From Chiloscyllium plagiosum (Eukaryota): 64,000 nt of DNA. The stretch lies in contig NC_057728.1 of assembly GCF_004010195.1 (NCBI RefSeq), positions 48,100,043-48,164,042 of the forward strand, in the 5' to 3' direction. A program made the position numbers and the translations under genes. Of the stretch, positions 12,961 through 25,110 are shown one piece after another (position 1 is the first letter of the stretch; each line of letters begins with the position of its first letter). Under the pieces are notes generated by a model, which worked only from the letters and a program-made list of their open reading frames with translations, did not search any database and had not been told where the DNA came from.

Positions 12961-14249
12961 GTCAATAGCAAGAGTACAAATACTGTGGCAGGGCCTAAAT
13001 ACCGTGTCTCCAGCTGCTAACCAGCTCACGTTAAAGTGCACCACGAACAAAATTAGCAGCTAAATTTTCATCTTCAATTCAGGAAGTTTGAGTCAGGCCA
13101 TTTCCTACGTTATGTTCCCAAAGTCAGAATATCAGTCTATTCAGCCAGAAGTTAAGTCTTCCTGAGTTAGATTAGGCTGGAGTTGGGCTACCGTCTCCTA
13201 GGGCAACGCTGAGGTGGCAATAAAGATGAGCAAATACCAACACTTGCGAGTATAAAGCCACCTCATTAGTTTAGTTCTATCCATTCATTGAGCAGCTGTA
13301 TCAACAAAACAAGCCGAACAGATGACCAGTAATTTACTTTGTCAAATGGCCCCATTATGAATGCTTGCATGAGCTTCAAGACTCAATAATGGATTCAGGC
13401 CTGCGGGTAATTCTTGCATCACTGCAAAGGGAACTGCTAGCTTTAATTAATTGTCAGTTTTATAAGCTCATTATAGGTTTATTTTTCCTTGAAATAGTTT
13501 GTCAATGTCTGTTTAGTTGGACTAAATTTAGAGATTTTATATAGCTTAGAGCTTTTATTAATGGGGAAATCAATGTTTGTGTTTGACAATTTTATGAGCT
13601 TATAAAAAGGGAAAAACTCAAAGCAAATTTTTAATGGCTGACTTTGTTTTATGGAAGCATTTTAACAAGCTTCCAGTATGAATATATGGTTTATTAGTTC
13701 TCTACTTAATAGACACTGGAATCTTAAAGGCTCAGCAGAAGATGAGACATTGAATCAATGTGAACTATGTAATGTCATGCATGCATTATTATCTGATATT
13801 ATACACTGTTGAATTCTAGAGAGAACTTTTTTCATGAAGTACCTTAATGCATGGAAACATCTATACAGTGCCAGTCAGTTTAGACTCTTACCTTTTAAGG
13901 ACAGGGCCTTATGAACAATCATTGCATTATGAATATATTGAACTTTCCAAACACCAACTAAACATAATAGTTGAATTTAGCAATAGTTTTAAAATTTTTC
14001 TGTCAATAAGTTTCTGACTCCTCAGCAGCTTTTTTCCAAGTTGCAGAAACTTTCTTTCCTGATGTGGTTTAAACAGCCTTCAGAATCTCACCCACCCCCT
14101 TTCAAAACTTATATTTGGTACAGGCAGTTAAATAGAGAGTCCATTTCGGGTGTGTTGTGTTGTGACCCACCATATTTCCTGACTTGCAGAAAAAGTCAGG
14201 CAATAGGAGTTAAGTGCAGAGTTGTTAACCCATACATCTCACATTTGAC

Positions 14250-14620
14250 CCTCCCAACATTGGTTTTCTCAGTGATGGGAGGGAAAGATTCAGCCCTCGT
14301 GACTGTCAGACAAGTATAGATCAGTCAAGATTAGTGGTGGCGTGGTCAAACTATAAAGCTGAAAGTTAATCCTTCATCTGTGAATGATGTTAATTAATGA
14401 GCAAGAGAGGGGAAAATAGAACAAATCCTGGCTGAGTTCTGGAATTAATGATGTGAGTGAAAGAGGAAGTTCTGGTGGAGATTATCTGCTGTATTTGTAT
14501 AGGTAAGAGTCAGACTGAGTGAATTGCATTGTGCTGGACCATGGAAGAGAGACATTGAAAAAGAATGGAGTAGTCAATCGTATCATAGACAGTTCAGGAA
14601 GGATAAAGAGCAACAATGTG
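14250..14620 (-). mobile_element. Ancient L2-like LINE RT fragment
   Basis: The reverse translation LFILPELSMIRLTTPFF resembles frameshifted LLDLSAAFDTVDH of the L2 RT. Confidence 0.45.
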
Positions 14621-14624
14621 TAGT

Positions 14625-15045
14625 TCATAAGATATAGGAGTAGAATTAGGCTATTCAGCCCATCAGGTCTGCTCTGCCATTCAATCATGGCTGATATGCT
14701 CCTCACCCCCATTTTCCTTCCTTCTCCCCACATAACCCTTCAACCCGCTACCAATTAAAAATCTGTCTAAATCCTCCTTAAATGTATTCGTTGTCCCAAC
14801 ATCCACTTCACATGGGGTTGGCAAATTCCACAGATTCACAACCCTTTGGGAGAAGTAGTTTCTCCTCATCTCTGTTTTAAATTTGCTCCCCCTTATCCTA
14901 AGACTATGACCTCTCATCCTGGAATGCCCCACCAAGAGGAAGCATCCGCTGCACATCTATTTTATCCATACCTTTTATCATCTTGAATATCCTCAATTTG
15001 ATCTCCCCATATTCTTCTAAATTCCAGGGAGTATGGGCCTAAACA
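14625..15045 (-). mobile_element. CR1 LINE 3' fragment
   Basis: ORF 14681-14956 gives RGHSLRIRGSKFKTEMRRNYFSQRVVNLWN. Confidence 0.88.
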
Positions 15046-15360
15046 GATCCCAGCCAATCCTGTTGTGATTTCAGTCAGGATTGTTTTACTGCTGTGACAA
15101 AGATGGAATCTAGACTGGGAGATTCAGTTAGAGAGCTTCAGTAAGGATGAGCATGGATTTAAATAATAAAAAATATGCTGAAGTATTTTGAAGGGGAGAG
15201 AATGATTGAATAAAGCAGGCTAAATTTCTAAGGTCATTGATTTTGAGGCTTGATCCCAAAATTACAGGGTAAAATTTTCAATTAATTGCATAATATAAAC
15301 ACAGTTTTTCTTGGTCACTGTAAGTCAATGTGCTACACAAGTCTCCTATCATGGATTAGA

Positions 15361-15582
15361 GCTGAAAATGTGTTGCTGGAAAAGCGCAGCAGGTCAGGCA
15401 GCATCCAAGGAGCAGCAGAATCGACGTTTCAAGCATGAGCCCTTCTTCAGCCCTTCTTCTTCCTGAAGAAGGGCTCATGCCCGAAACGTCGATTCTCCTG
15501 CTCCTTGGATGCTGCCTGACCTGCTGTGCTTTTCCAGCAACACATTTTCAGCTCTGATCTCCAGCACCTGCAGTCCTCACCT
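15361..15582. mobile_element. Palindromic Penelope terminal-repeat insertion (family A) with a hammerhead core at 15463-15490
   Basis: Inverted arms; CTGAAGA-A-GGGCTCATGCCC-GAAA-CGTC; duplicated target TCTCCTATCATGGATTAGA at 15342-15360 and 15583-15601. Confidence 0.88.
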
Positions 15583-16201
15583 TCTCCTATCATGGATTAG
15601 ATCCTACAAAGCTTACTTTGTATCTCTAGTAATGTCACCATTCCAGTGTTTTTCAGTTTATCTAGAATAAATTAATTATATATTAGGGTAGAGTTTAAAT
15701 CTTCATATATTGTTTCACTAAAATGTTAAAATTATTATGCATACTCCTTTTAAAAATTACCTAAAAAATGTTAGCTGCACATAATGCTTACCCGATAAAA
15801 TGTTGCAAATTCCTGAAACTACGGTTAAAGTTACAGACAACTGATACAGTGACTGCATCATAACATTTTGCAGTAGGATTTTTACAGGCACTGCTGTAAA
15901 GCATAAGTACTTTGTATGCATTAATGAAAAGACATAAAATGTAGGTTAAAGGTTAAATCAAAGCTGCTTTGATTTTGACAGACATCTGTTATACTTTGGT
16001 ACTAAGTGGGCTAGACTTTCCTCCACCTGCTGAAAATGAGTGGGTTTTGAGAAGAAAGCCAAGTGCTAATTGGCAGATTCCTCACAGATTGTCAATCATC
16101 TTTGACTGTTGAATAATATGATTGTGGAGAGGCCCCAAGGGAAATGCTCCAGAAAAAAAAGGTGTTTTAATAAACATTTTCAAATATTCTTTAATTCGCA
16201 G

Positions 16202-16388
16202 GAGAGGCTCAAACGTATCGCTTACCTTGGATATGAGTACCTTGGGAAATGTTGAATCACTCAGTATTGCACCAACACCCCGTGAAAAAATATTTCTGGA
16301 GTATCTACAGACTGCCAGCCGGGTGCTCACAAGGTTGCAACTAAGTGAATGTGTAGCAAACGCCCAATCCCTTCAGGCTGAATTCATG
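16202..16388 (+). CDS. PTPRR: PTPRR coding exon with the C-terminal half of the KIM motif and the following linker: (R)RGSNVSLTLDMSTLGNVESLSIAPTPREKIFLEYLQTASRVLTRLQLSECVANAQSLQAEFM
   Basis: Acceptor ttcgcAG at 16200-16201 and donor GTatat at 16389; 187 nt. RRGSNVSLTLDM is the KIM of PTPRR/PTPN5/PTPN7, and the TPREK..EYLQ.ASR.LTR.QL continuation fits PTPRR best. It joins the next exon in phase 0. Confidence 0.95.
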
Positions 16389-17394
16389 GTATATAGCACT
16401 CTATACAGTAAAGTTTGTGCCTCAGTTTAATCATGCAAAGCCTACAGGCTATATCAGGAACCAATATTTGTCTAAGGTGCAATTTAAACTAGAAATGATC
16501 AACAATAGAATTTTTCTTATAATTTTTTTTACTGCAAGCTGAGTATTCCAGTCAGTATCATAATATTTTAGTGTTATTACATTTGATCGATAAATGCTGT
16601 AGAGCTAGTCTTTACCTCAGTCTTATATTTGACATGTGAGACATTTGTGAAGGAAAAATGGACATTGTGCAAAACAACAGGCAACAATGTTAACGACTAT
16701 TAATCTTTATTAAGGAGAACCTTACATCTGTTTCTCAAGCATTTTTGATAGCCTGTCATGAGACTTCCTTCATTACAAAATAGAAAGATGTGATAAAGCA
16801 ATTTATTGTTTCAAATCATCTTTCCTAATGCTGGTATGCCATTATATTTGCATTACAATGAATCTCCTGTGCATCCTCCACTTCATAATGGTTTGAATGG
16901 TTGATTATATAAATCACAGAATATTTTTCTCCTATTTTCTTTGGTTTTGTCCCATCCATGCAAATCAAATGTCCTGATGCAAACAGGAGTTTGGAACAAA
17001 ATGTGAGGAATAAAGCAAGAAAGCTGCTCCAAGACCATCTGTTGATCATATAATTAATCTCACTGTGCAGCTAATGAAACAAACTTCATATTAAAATAGG
17101 GAATGTTCGTATTTCCCAGTAAGATCTACATTTCTTCCAGCCTTTTGGAGCTCCATCCCAGAAAGATTTCACCTGGCACTCCCTGACTGGAGGATCAGAT
17201 TAGTAAATGGGATCGGAAAGGAAAGAAACGTGGATTCCATATTTTGTTGCAACTAATGCGCAGGTTTAACCAAAATATATATTATGGAATTCTTTTACCT
17301 GACAACATCTGTGTGTTTCTGCAGTGTGGTATGCAGTGCTGTAAGTACATTGGAATTTCTGATGCTTGTGTTTCTTATTTCCTTCAAATAACAG

Positions 17395-17479
17395 GAAATT
17401 CCCATGAATTTTGTGAATCCCAAAGAGCTGAATATTCCTTGTCATGGAGCTAAGAATAGATATAAAACAATTTTGCCAA
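17395..17479 (+). CDS. PTPRR: PTPRR coding exon: EIPMNFVNPKELNIPCHGAKNRYKTILP (pTyr-recognition KNRY loop)
   Basis: Acceptor aacAG at 17393-17394 and donor GTAAGT at 17480; 85 nt, phase 0 to 1; contains PTP motif 1 KNRY. Confidence 0.96.
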
Positions 17480-18519
17480 GTAAGTACACCTGTTACACAA
17501 TTCACCTTTCACTGTTAAATATTTGCTTTAAGTCTTATTTAAATACAAAATGATTATTTTCTTTACTATTCAAGCCTCATTGGCAAATGCCAGTGCTGGT
17601 TTGTAAAATATGTAACACATTCATCCAATTATGTGTTTTTAAATATAATGTTTAAAACTGGAGTCATGAGTAGGTTTACGTGCCAGTGAAGAAAGTATGA
17701 TGCAATGGGTTTTTGTGTCAGTTGCTAATACTCTTCACTAATTGGGTATCTGGGAACAAGCAGAACACTGGACCTTGACCAGGTAGGGAAAGTATTGCAA
17801 TATATCTTACACATATATTCGCATACATGTATCCTTTCTTTTGGGAATAGTGGAAGGAATCCCTGGCTGATTATCAGCCCATTGAACCACATCACTCCTT
17901 CCATGGACTGGTGAGTGGACCTGGAGCTGCAGGCCCAGGGGTAGGCAATCTGCCACTGCACCACAAGATCCCCATCAGCATTTCAATTATACCATGTAAT
18001 AATGACTTATACAGTCATACCGTAGTACAGAAACATCCATACCCATAAATATTCTTTCATAACTGCACTGTCTTAAGTATTAGAAGAGAGTGTGTAATGA
18101 TAACAATTACTCCTTTCTAAAATATGTCTGATAAATGTGATTTTAGAATCCACAGGCTTGAATTATACCTCTCCAGGTACCCAGACAGGAACCGAAGCTA
18201 GGTGAAGGACTAAAAAAAGCAAACTCCACTTCTGTATACAGTTTTTGCTTCATATGACACTGTTTTTCACACCACATGGAACATTTTGAGATATATCAGT
18301 TATGTTTGCTGATGTTATGTAACACTGCTACCACTGTCCCATATATGAGCACCTAACTCAAAGTCAACAGGTCAAACTGGCTGTCTCAAATGAAAACAAA
18401 GTGCTGGAGAAACTCAGCAAGTCTGGTAGCATCTATGGAGGGAATAACAGCTTAACTGACCACTTAGGGCTTTAATCAGACGCAGAAACCCCCAGATGAA
18501 ACCTTTTGCCGAAGGGAGT

Positions 18520-20575
18520 CATAGTGTCAGAGCATTTTTAGCAGAGAAAAAGCCTATTGGCCCATCTTGTCTGCACCAGTTATCAAACATTCATCTATTC
18601 CAACCCCATTTTTCAACATTTGGCCTGTACTGTTACATGCTATAACATTTTGAGTGTTCATCTAAGTTGTTCCTAAATGTCATGAGGGTTCCTGCCCCCA
18701 CTACAAGCAGTAAGTTCAAGATAACCAAAATCGTCTGAGTGAGAAAGACTTTCCTCAAACCCCTCTAAGCCTCCTGCTCCCTATCTTAAAACTGAACCCC
18801 CTTGGTTATTGATCCCACAACTAAGGGGAAATGTTTCTCCCAAGCTACCCTGCCAATGCCACTTAGAACATTGTGCATCTGAAACCTGCCTCAGACTACC
18901 CTGTTCTTGGGAAAACCAACTCAACCTGTCCAGTCTGTCTTCATAGCTGAGTAGTTCCAGACCAGGCAACATCCTGGTCCATCTCCTTTGCACCCTCTCT
19001 CAGGCAATTACATCCTTCCTATAGTGTGGTGACCAGAACTGCACACATTACTACAGCTGATGAAGGAGCAATGCTCTGAAAGCTTGTACTTCCAAATAAA
19101 CCTGTTGGACTATAACCTGATGTTGTGTGATTTTTAACTTTAGGCCACAGCTGGAGTAAGTTATACAAGCTCCATCATAACCTCCCTACTCTTGTATTCA
19201 AAGCCTTGACTGATAAAGGCATAAAACCCATATTCCTTCTTAACCACCTTATCTACCTGTCCTGCTGCCTTCAAGGATCTGTGGATATGCTTGTCAAGTT
19301 CCCTTTGTAATTCCTTGGGTCTTGACATGCCTATGTCTTGCTAATCCTCTCAAATACACCACCTCACACATCTCTGGATTGTTGCCCTGTTCAGCCCATG
19401 TGACCAGCCTGTCTATATTTTAGTAGAGTTTAAGTCTCTCCTCACTATTTACCACACTGTCAATGTTCATTCCATCTGCAAACTTACTGATAGTATCACC
19501 TACATTCATGTCTTGATCATTAATGTGCATAACAAATAGCAAGGGACCCAGTTCCAAACCTAATGGTACAGAGGCTTACAGTAACAAAAATGCCCTTTGA
19601 CAATCTGTTTCCTGTCACTAAGCCAACTTTGGACCCAATTTACCAAATTGCCCTGAATCCTGTGGGCTGTTACTTTCTTAGCCAGTCTGCCATGTGCGAT
19701 CTATCAAAAGCCTTACTGAGGTCCATCAACTTCACTATCCTCATCTAGACACCTTGTTACCTCTTTGAAAAGTTCAATTTTCAAATTTGTTAGACATAAT
19801 TTAGCCCTAACAAAGTCATGCTGACTATCATTGATAATTTGTGACTTTCCAAGTAGAGATTAATTCTGTCCCTGAGCCATTTTTCCAATAGTTTCGCTAC
19901 CGGAGATGTTAGTTTCTCTGGCCTCTTGTTTATTCCTATTTGGCCTATCTGGTTTATTCCTATCACCCAGCTTGAATAATGACACTACATTAGCGGTCCA
20001 CCAGTCCTCTAAAACTACATCATAACTAGTTACCCATATTTGTGCCAATAGATCATCTACCTCATTGCAAATGCTGGTGCATTCAGGCAGAATATACTTA
20101 ACTTGGTCTTTTTGACATCATTCCACCTTTGAGGCATACACAATGCTCAGCTTTGTTTCTCCTGTCCTCTAGTTTCCCTTGGAGCTTTCTGACTACCTGT
20201 TACTAGCTTAACTCCCTTCCAGTTACCCCTCAGGTTCCCATCCCCTGGAAAGTTTGTTTCAGCCCATCCCAACAACATTAGCAAGTCTCTCTGCAAGGTT
20301 ATCAGTCAGAATCCTGATCAGTTATAACCCCCTCCAGCTTGTACAGGTCTCACCTGCCTTGGACCTGATTCCAGTGCTTCAGAAATCTGATGTCTTCCAC
20401 TCTGTACCAGTTCTCTAGCCACATATTAAATCCATCAATTTTTTCCTGTTCTTATGCTCACTAGCCAATGACATGGCGCATAATCCTAAACGTATTGGTA
20501 TCCAGGTCCTGATTTTCAATTTCCCTCCTAACTCCCTGAGTTCCGCTTTCAGAGTCTCATCCCTCTTGCTACTAT
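18520..20575 (-). mobile_element. Old CR1 LINE (ORF2 3' half and ORF1 remnant), continued at 23502-25110
   Basis: ORF 18781-18993 (QRRWTRMLPGLELLSYEDRL) and ORF 19860-20048 (EDWWTANVVSLFK); esterase-like remnant at 20200-20575. Confidence 0.8.
19057..19142 (+). mobile_element. Penelope terminal-repeat fragment (family C) with a hammerhead core
   Basis: CTGATGA-A-GGAGC-AAT-GCTCT-GAAA-GCTT; same family as 42237-42469. Confidence 0.75.
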
Positions 20576-23501
20576 TCAGGTGGGTTTAAACTAGCTCAGT
20601 AGGGGGACGGAAACCTGAGGTGTAGTTCCAGTGCACAGGAGGATGAGAGGAGGGAAGACAGGGACATGTTTTCATGATCACAGAAATGTGCTGACAGACA
20701 GCAAGCTGGTTTGAAGTGTGTCTACTTCAATGCCAGAAGTATCCGAAATAAGGCAGGTGAGCTTGCAGCACGGATAGGTACCTGGGACTTCAATGTTGTG
20801 GCCATTTCGGAGACATGGATAGAGCAGGGTGAGGAATGGATGTTGCAGGTACCAGGGTTTAGATCTTTCATTAAGAACAGGCAAGGCGGTAAAAGAGGGG
20901 GACATGTGGCCTTGGTAGTCAAAGATAGTATGACGGTGGCTGAAAGAACTTTTGATGCGGACTCGTCTACTGAGGTGGTATGGGCTGAGGTTAGAAACAG
21001 GAGAGGAGAGGTCACAATGCTTGGAGTTTTTTATAGGCCTCCACAGAGTTCCAGGGAGGTGGAGGAGAGGATTGGCAAAATGATTCTGGGTAGGGGAACT
21101 TTAACTTCCCCAACATTGACGAGAAATGCTGTAACTCTAGTATGTCAGATGAATCAGTTTTTGTCCAATGTGTACAGGAGGGTTTCCTGACACAGTATGT
21201 CTAAGGCCGACAAGAGGGGAAGCCACACTGGATCTGGTGCTTAATAATGAACCAGACCAGGTTAAGGGTGGCACGGTGGCATAAAGGGTGACACGGTGGC
21301 ACAAGGGCAGCATGGTGGCACTGCTGCCTCACAGCGCTAGAGACTCAGATTCAATTCCTGCCTCAGGCAACTGTCTGTGTGGAGTTTGCACATTCTCCCC
21401 GTGTCTGCATGGGTTTCCTCAGGCGCTCCGGTTTCCTCCCACAGTCTAAAAATGTGCAGGTTAGGTGAATTGGCCATGTTAAATTGCCAGTAGTGTTAGG
21501 TGAAGGGGTAAATGTAGAGGAATGGGTCTGGGTGGGTTGCTGTTCGGAGGGTCGGTGTGGACTTATTGGGCCGAAGGCCTGTTTCCACACTAAGTAATCT
21601 AAAATCTAAAATCTAAAGAAGTTAAGAAGAGCAAAGAGGACACGAGCAGTCTTTAGCAAATAGAATAAAGGAGAACCCTTAAAGCTTTCTATAGTATGTG
21701 AGGAATAAAAGGATAACTAGGGTAGGAATAGGGCCAGTCAAAGACAGAAGGGGGAAGTTGAGTGTGGACCCTGTGGAGATTGGAGAGGTACTAAACGAAC
21801 ATTTATCATCGGTTTTCATTCAGGAAAAGGAGAATATTGGAGAAGAGAAGAATGAGATACGAGATATTAGACTGGAAAGGATCAAGATTAGTTATGAAGA
21901 GGTGTTATCAATTCTAGAAGGAGTGAATGTAGACAAGTCCCCGGGGCTGGATGGGATTTATCGGAGGATTCTCCGGGAAGCTAGGGATGAGATAGCAGAG
22001 CCTTTGGTTTTGATATTTGAGTCGTCATTGTCTACAGGTTTAGTACCAGAGGACTGGAGGATTGCAAATGTTGTACTCTTGTTCAAGAAGGGCAGTAGAG
22101 ATGACCCAGGTAATTATAGATCAGTGAGCCTTACTTCTGGTGTAGGAAAGGTTTTGGAAAGGATTATAAGAGATAGGATTATAATCATCTAGCAAGCAAC
22201 AATTTGATTTCAGATAGTCAACATGGTTTCATCAAGGCCAGGTCGTGTCTCACAAACCTCATTGAGCTTTTTGAGAAGGTGACCAACCATGTAGATGAGG
22301 GTAGGGCAGTTGATGTGATATACATGGACTTCAGTAAAGCCTTTGATAAGGTTCCACATGGTAGGCTATTGGACAAGAAGCAGAGGCATGGAATTGAGGG
22401 GCATTTAGCAGTTTGGATTAGAAACTGGCTTTCTGAAAGAAGGCAGTGAGTGGTGGTTGATGGAAAATATTTAACCTGGAGTCCAGTTACTAGTGGTGTG
22501 GCACAAGGATCTCTTTTGGGACCACTGCTGTTGTCATTTTTAAAAATGACTTAGACGCAGGCATAGATGGATGGATTAGTAAATTTGCAGATGACACTAA
22601 AGTCGATGGAGTAGTGGACAGTTCGGAAGAATGTTACAAGTTGTAGGGGACTTGGATAAACTGCAGAATTGGGCTGAGAGGTGGCAAATGGAGTTCAATA
22701 TGGCTAAATGTGAGGTGATTCACTTTGGGAAGAATAACAGGAAGGCAGAATACTTGGTCAATGGAAAGATTCTTGGTAGTGTGGATGCGAAGAGGGATCT
22801 TGGAGTCCATGTACATAGATTCCTGAAAGTTGTCACCCAGGTTGATAGTGCTGTTAAGAAGGCATATAGTGTGTTAGGTTTATTGGTAGAGGGATTGAGT
22901 TCTGGAGCCGCAATATCATGTTGCAAATATACAAAACGCTAGTGTGGCCGCACTTGGACTATTGTGTAGAGTTCTGGTCGCCATATTTCTGGAAGGATGT
23001 GGAAGCATTGGAAAAGGTGCAGAGAAGACTTACCAGGATGTTGCCTGGTCTGGAGAGAAGGTCTTATGAGGAATGGCTGAGAGACGTGCGTCTGTTCTAA
23101 TTGGAAAGAAGAAGACTAAGAGGGGATTTGGTAAAGACATACAAGATGATCAGAGGATTAGATAAGGTAGACAGTGAAAGTCTTTTTTCTAGGATGATGA
23201 TGTCAGCTTGTACAGGGGCGGGTGGGAGAGCATAGCCAAAAGGTGAGGGGTGATAGATTTAAGACAGATGTCAGAGGCAGGTTCTTTACTCAGAGAGTGG
23301 TAAGGGTATGGAATGTCCTACCTGCTAATGTAGTTAACTCAGCCACATTAGGAAGATTTAAACAATCTTTGGATAAGCACATGGATTGTGCTGGGATAGT
23401 GTAGGTGGACGAGCTGAGAATAGTTCACAGGTTGGCGCAACTTTGAGAGCCAAAGGGCCTGTTCTGCACTACATTGTTTTATGTTCTATGTTCTATGTTC
23501 T
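20576..23501 (+). mobile_element. CR1 LINE ORF2 (APE and RT) nested in an older antisense CR1
   Basis: ORF 20711-21190 (KCVYFNARSIRNK...AISETW, APE) and ORFs 21698-23404 (RT and C-terminus); tail (tatgttc)n ending at about 23501. Confidence 0.92.
21266..21617 (+). mobile_element. HE1-type SINE with a triplicated 5' head
   Basis: gggtggcacggtggca occurs three times with variations, followed by the normal HE1 body and a taatctaaaatctaaaatctaa tail. Confidence 0.88.
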
Positions 23502-25110
23502 AATGTCATTGCTACCAATGTACAGCACACCTTCTGGTTGATACCTCTTCCTTAAATGGATATCCTGCAGCCATTCTGTGACATCTTTGTCTCTGGCACC
23601 AAGGAGGCAACAAACCATCCTAGAGTCACGATTCATGCTGCAGAAATCACTCTCTGATCTCCTGACTATGGGATCCTTGTTTAACGTTACCCTGCCATAC
23701 TTTCTCCTTCCCTATACAGCTAAGATACTACTGGTAAAGTGGACCTGCCTCTGGCGGCATTCCCCTGAGAAACCACAGCTTTTACTAATTTCCAAAATGT
23801 AATATTGATTGGCAAGCACAATAGATTCAGGCAACTCCTGCACTACCTGCCTGGGTTTCTTAGACTGCCTAGTAGTCACCCATTCCAGCTCTGCCTGTAC
23901 ATTTCTAATCTGCAGTGTGGCTACCTCCCTATATGTTCTAAACATGTAACCCTCTGCCTCACGGATGCACAACAGGAACTCCAACTGCTGCTCAATTTTC
24001 AAAATCTGGAGCTTAAGCCTGTGTTGCCAGTAACATTTCCTGCTTATATGTTTGTTGGGACGTATGATATGTCTATGACTTCACATATTCCACTAGATGG
24101 GCACTTTGCCTGTCCCTGCTGATCTGCATTCTAGAAATCTGAAAATTATTTATCTTTAGAATATATATGAACTTACTACGAAAATATTCAAATAAATTCA
24201 TGTTCCTTCACTTATGTTAACATTATTTTCATTAGATATTGCTTTAATATTGCATATTACTTTGATTTGCTTTAGACTCACTCATAAGAGCATACTCTCA
24301 CCAATCAATAAACTTATTTCCTATGGTGTCTCTTGGATTTTTTTTCTCATATTAGCCTCTTTTCAGCATTATAGTCAGAATGAACATTCTTTAAACTTAC
24401 TGTCTCCTGTCTCGCACTGTTTTTCAAAGGAAGCCGCTCCCTGTTCTTTGTGCTTTTTGTTTCATAAGTTTGTTACTTCTTTTATTAGTGCTATGTTCAG
24501 GATGAAGCCGCTCCATGTTCTTCACCCTTTTTAAACTTGCTTCTTCCTCTCTTTCTCTGTTCAGAAAGAACCACTGCCCACTTTCCATTCTCATTTTAAA
24601 CTTGCTGCCTCATCTCTTGGCGCTCTGTTCAGAGCAAAGCTGATCTCCACTCCATTTTTATCTTGCATTGCGTGCTGAATGAGGCCACTCCACACTCTAC
24701 ATGCTGTTTTTAACCTTGCTGCCTCCTCGCGTGGTACTGTGTGCCACTCTTGCTCTGCGCACTCTTATTCACCTTGTCACCCTTTTCTCAGTCTGTACTC
24801 AGAATGGAACTCTCTGTCGTGATTGAAACGAGGACTGCGAGGTGGACTTCATAGAATATGAGTTCCCCAATTGTGTTTGTTAATCTAATCCAGTCAGGGA
24901 GCCCTGGCTGACAGGTATAAACAGAAATGTCAGAGGTTTTGTCCACTCTGAAAACTGACTCTGAGGGATTTGGATCAGTGTCAAGGTCCCTCCACGTGTA
25001 ACTAAAGGGTGACTTGGTGACAGGATACCAACCTCTGTGGAGTTTTTCACTCTCCACTTTCTACACTTTTTAAACTTGCTGTTTGCGCTCTCGGTGCTGT
25101 GTTCACATTA
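23502..25110 (-). mobile_element. 5' part (5' UTR and ORF1) of the antisense CR1
   Basis: ORF 23712-24002 (QQLEFLLCIREAEGYMFRTYREVATLQ...WVTTRQSKKPRQVVQELPESIVLANQY) is typical of CR1 ORF1. Confidence 0.7.
24815..25049 (+). mobile_element. Solo LTR (235 bp) with a 5-bp TSD
   Basis: Begins TG and ends CA, flanked by CTCTC at 24810-24814 and 25050-25054. TATAAA at 24916 and a polyA-signal variant ACTAAA at 25001. Confidence 0.8.

Noticed and set aside
1..16201. Upstream PTPRR exon ending in ...GLQER (first half of the KIM)
   Set aside because: Not found by eye, so it probably lies upstream of the window. The 10500-10780 region looked exon-like but has stops and no similarity.
16122..16430. 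ORF-track peptides 16122-16430 and 44574-44891 as standalone genes
   Set aside because: They are PTPRR exons read through into intron; the true limits are set by the splice sites.
17325..17340. Possible 16-nt microexon (tttctgcAG ... GTAAGT) just upstream of a PTPRR exon
   Set aside because: It would shift the frame and leave only a 54-nt intron, and the flanking exons already join in phase.
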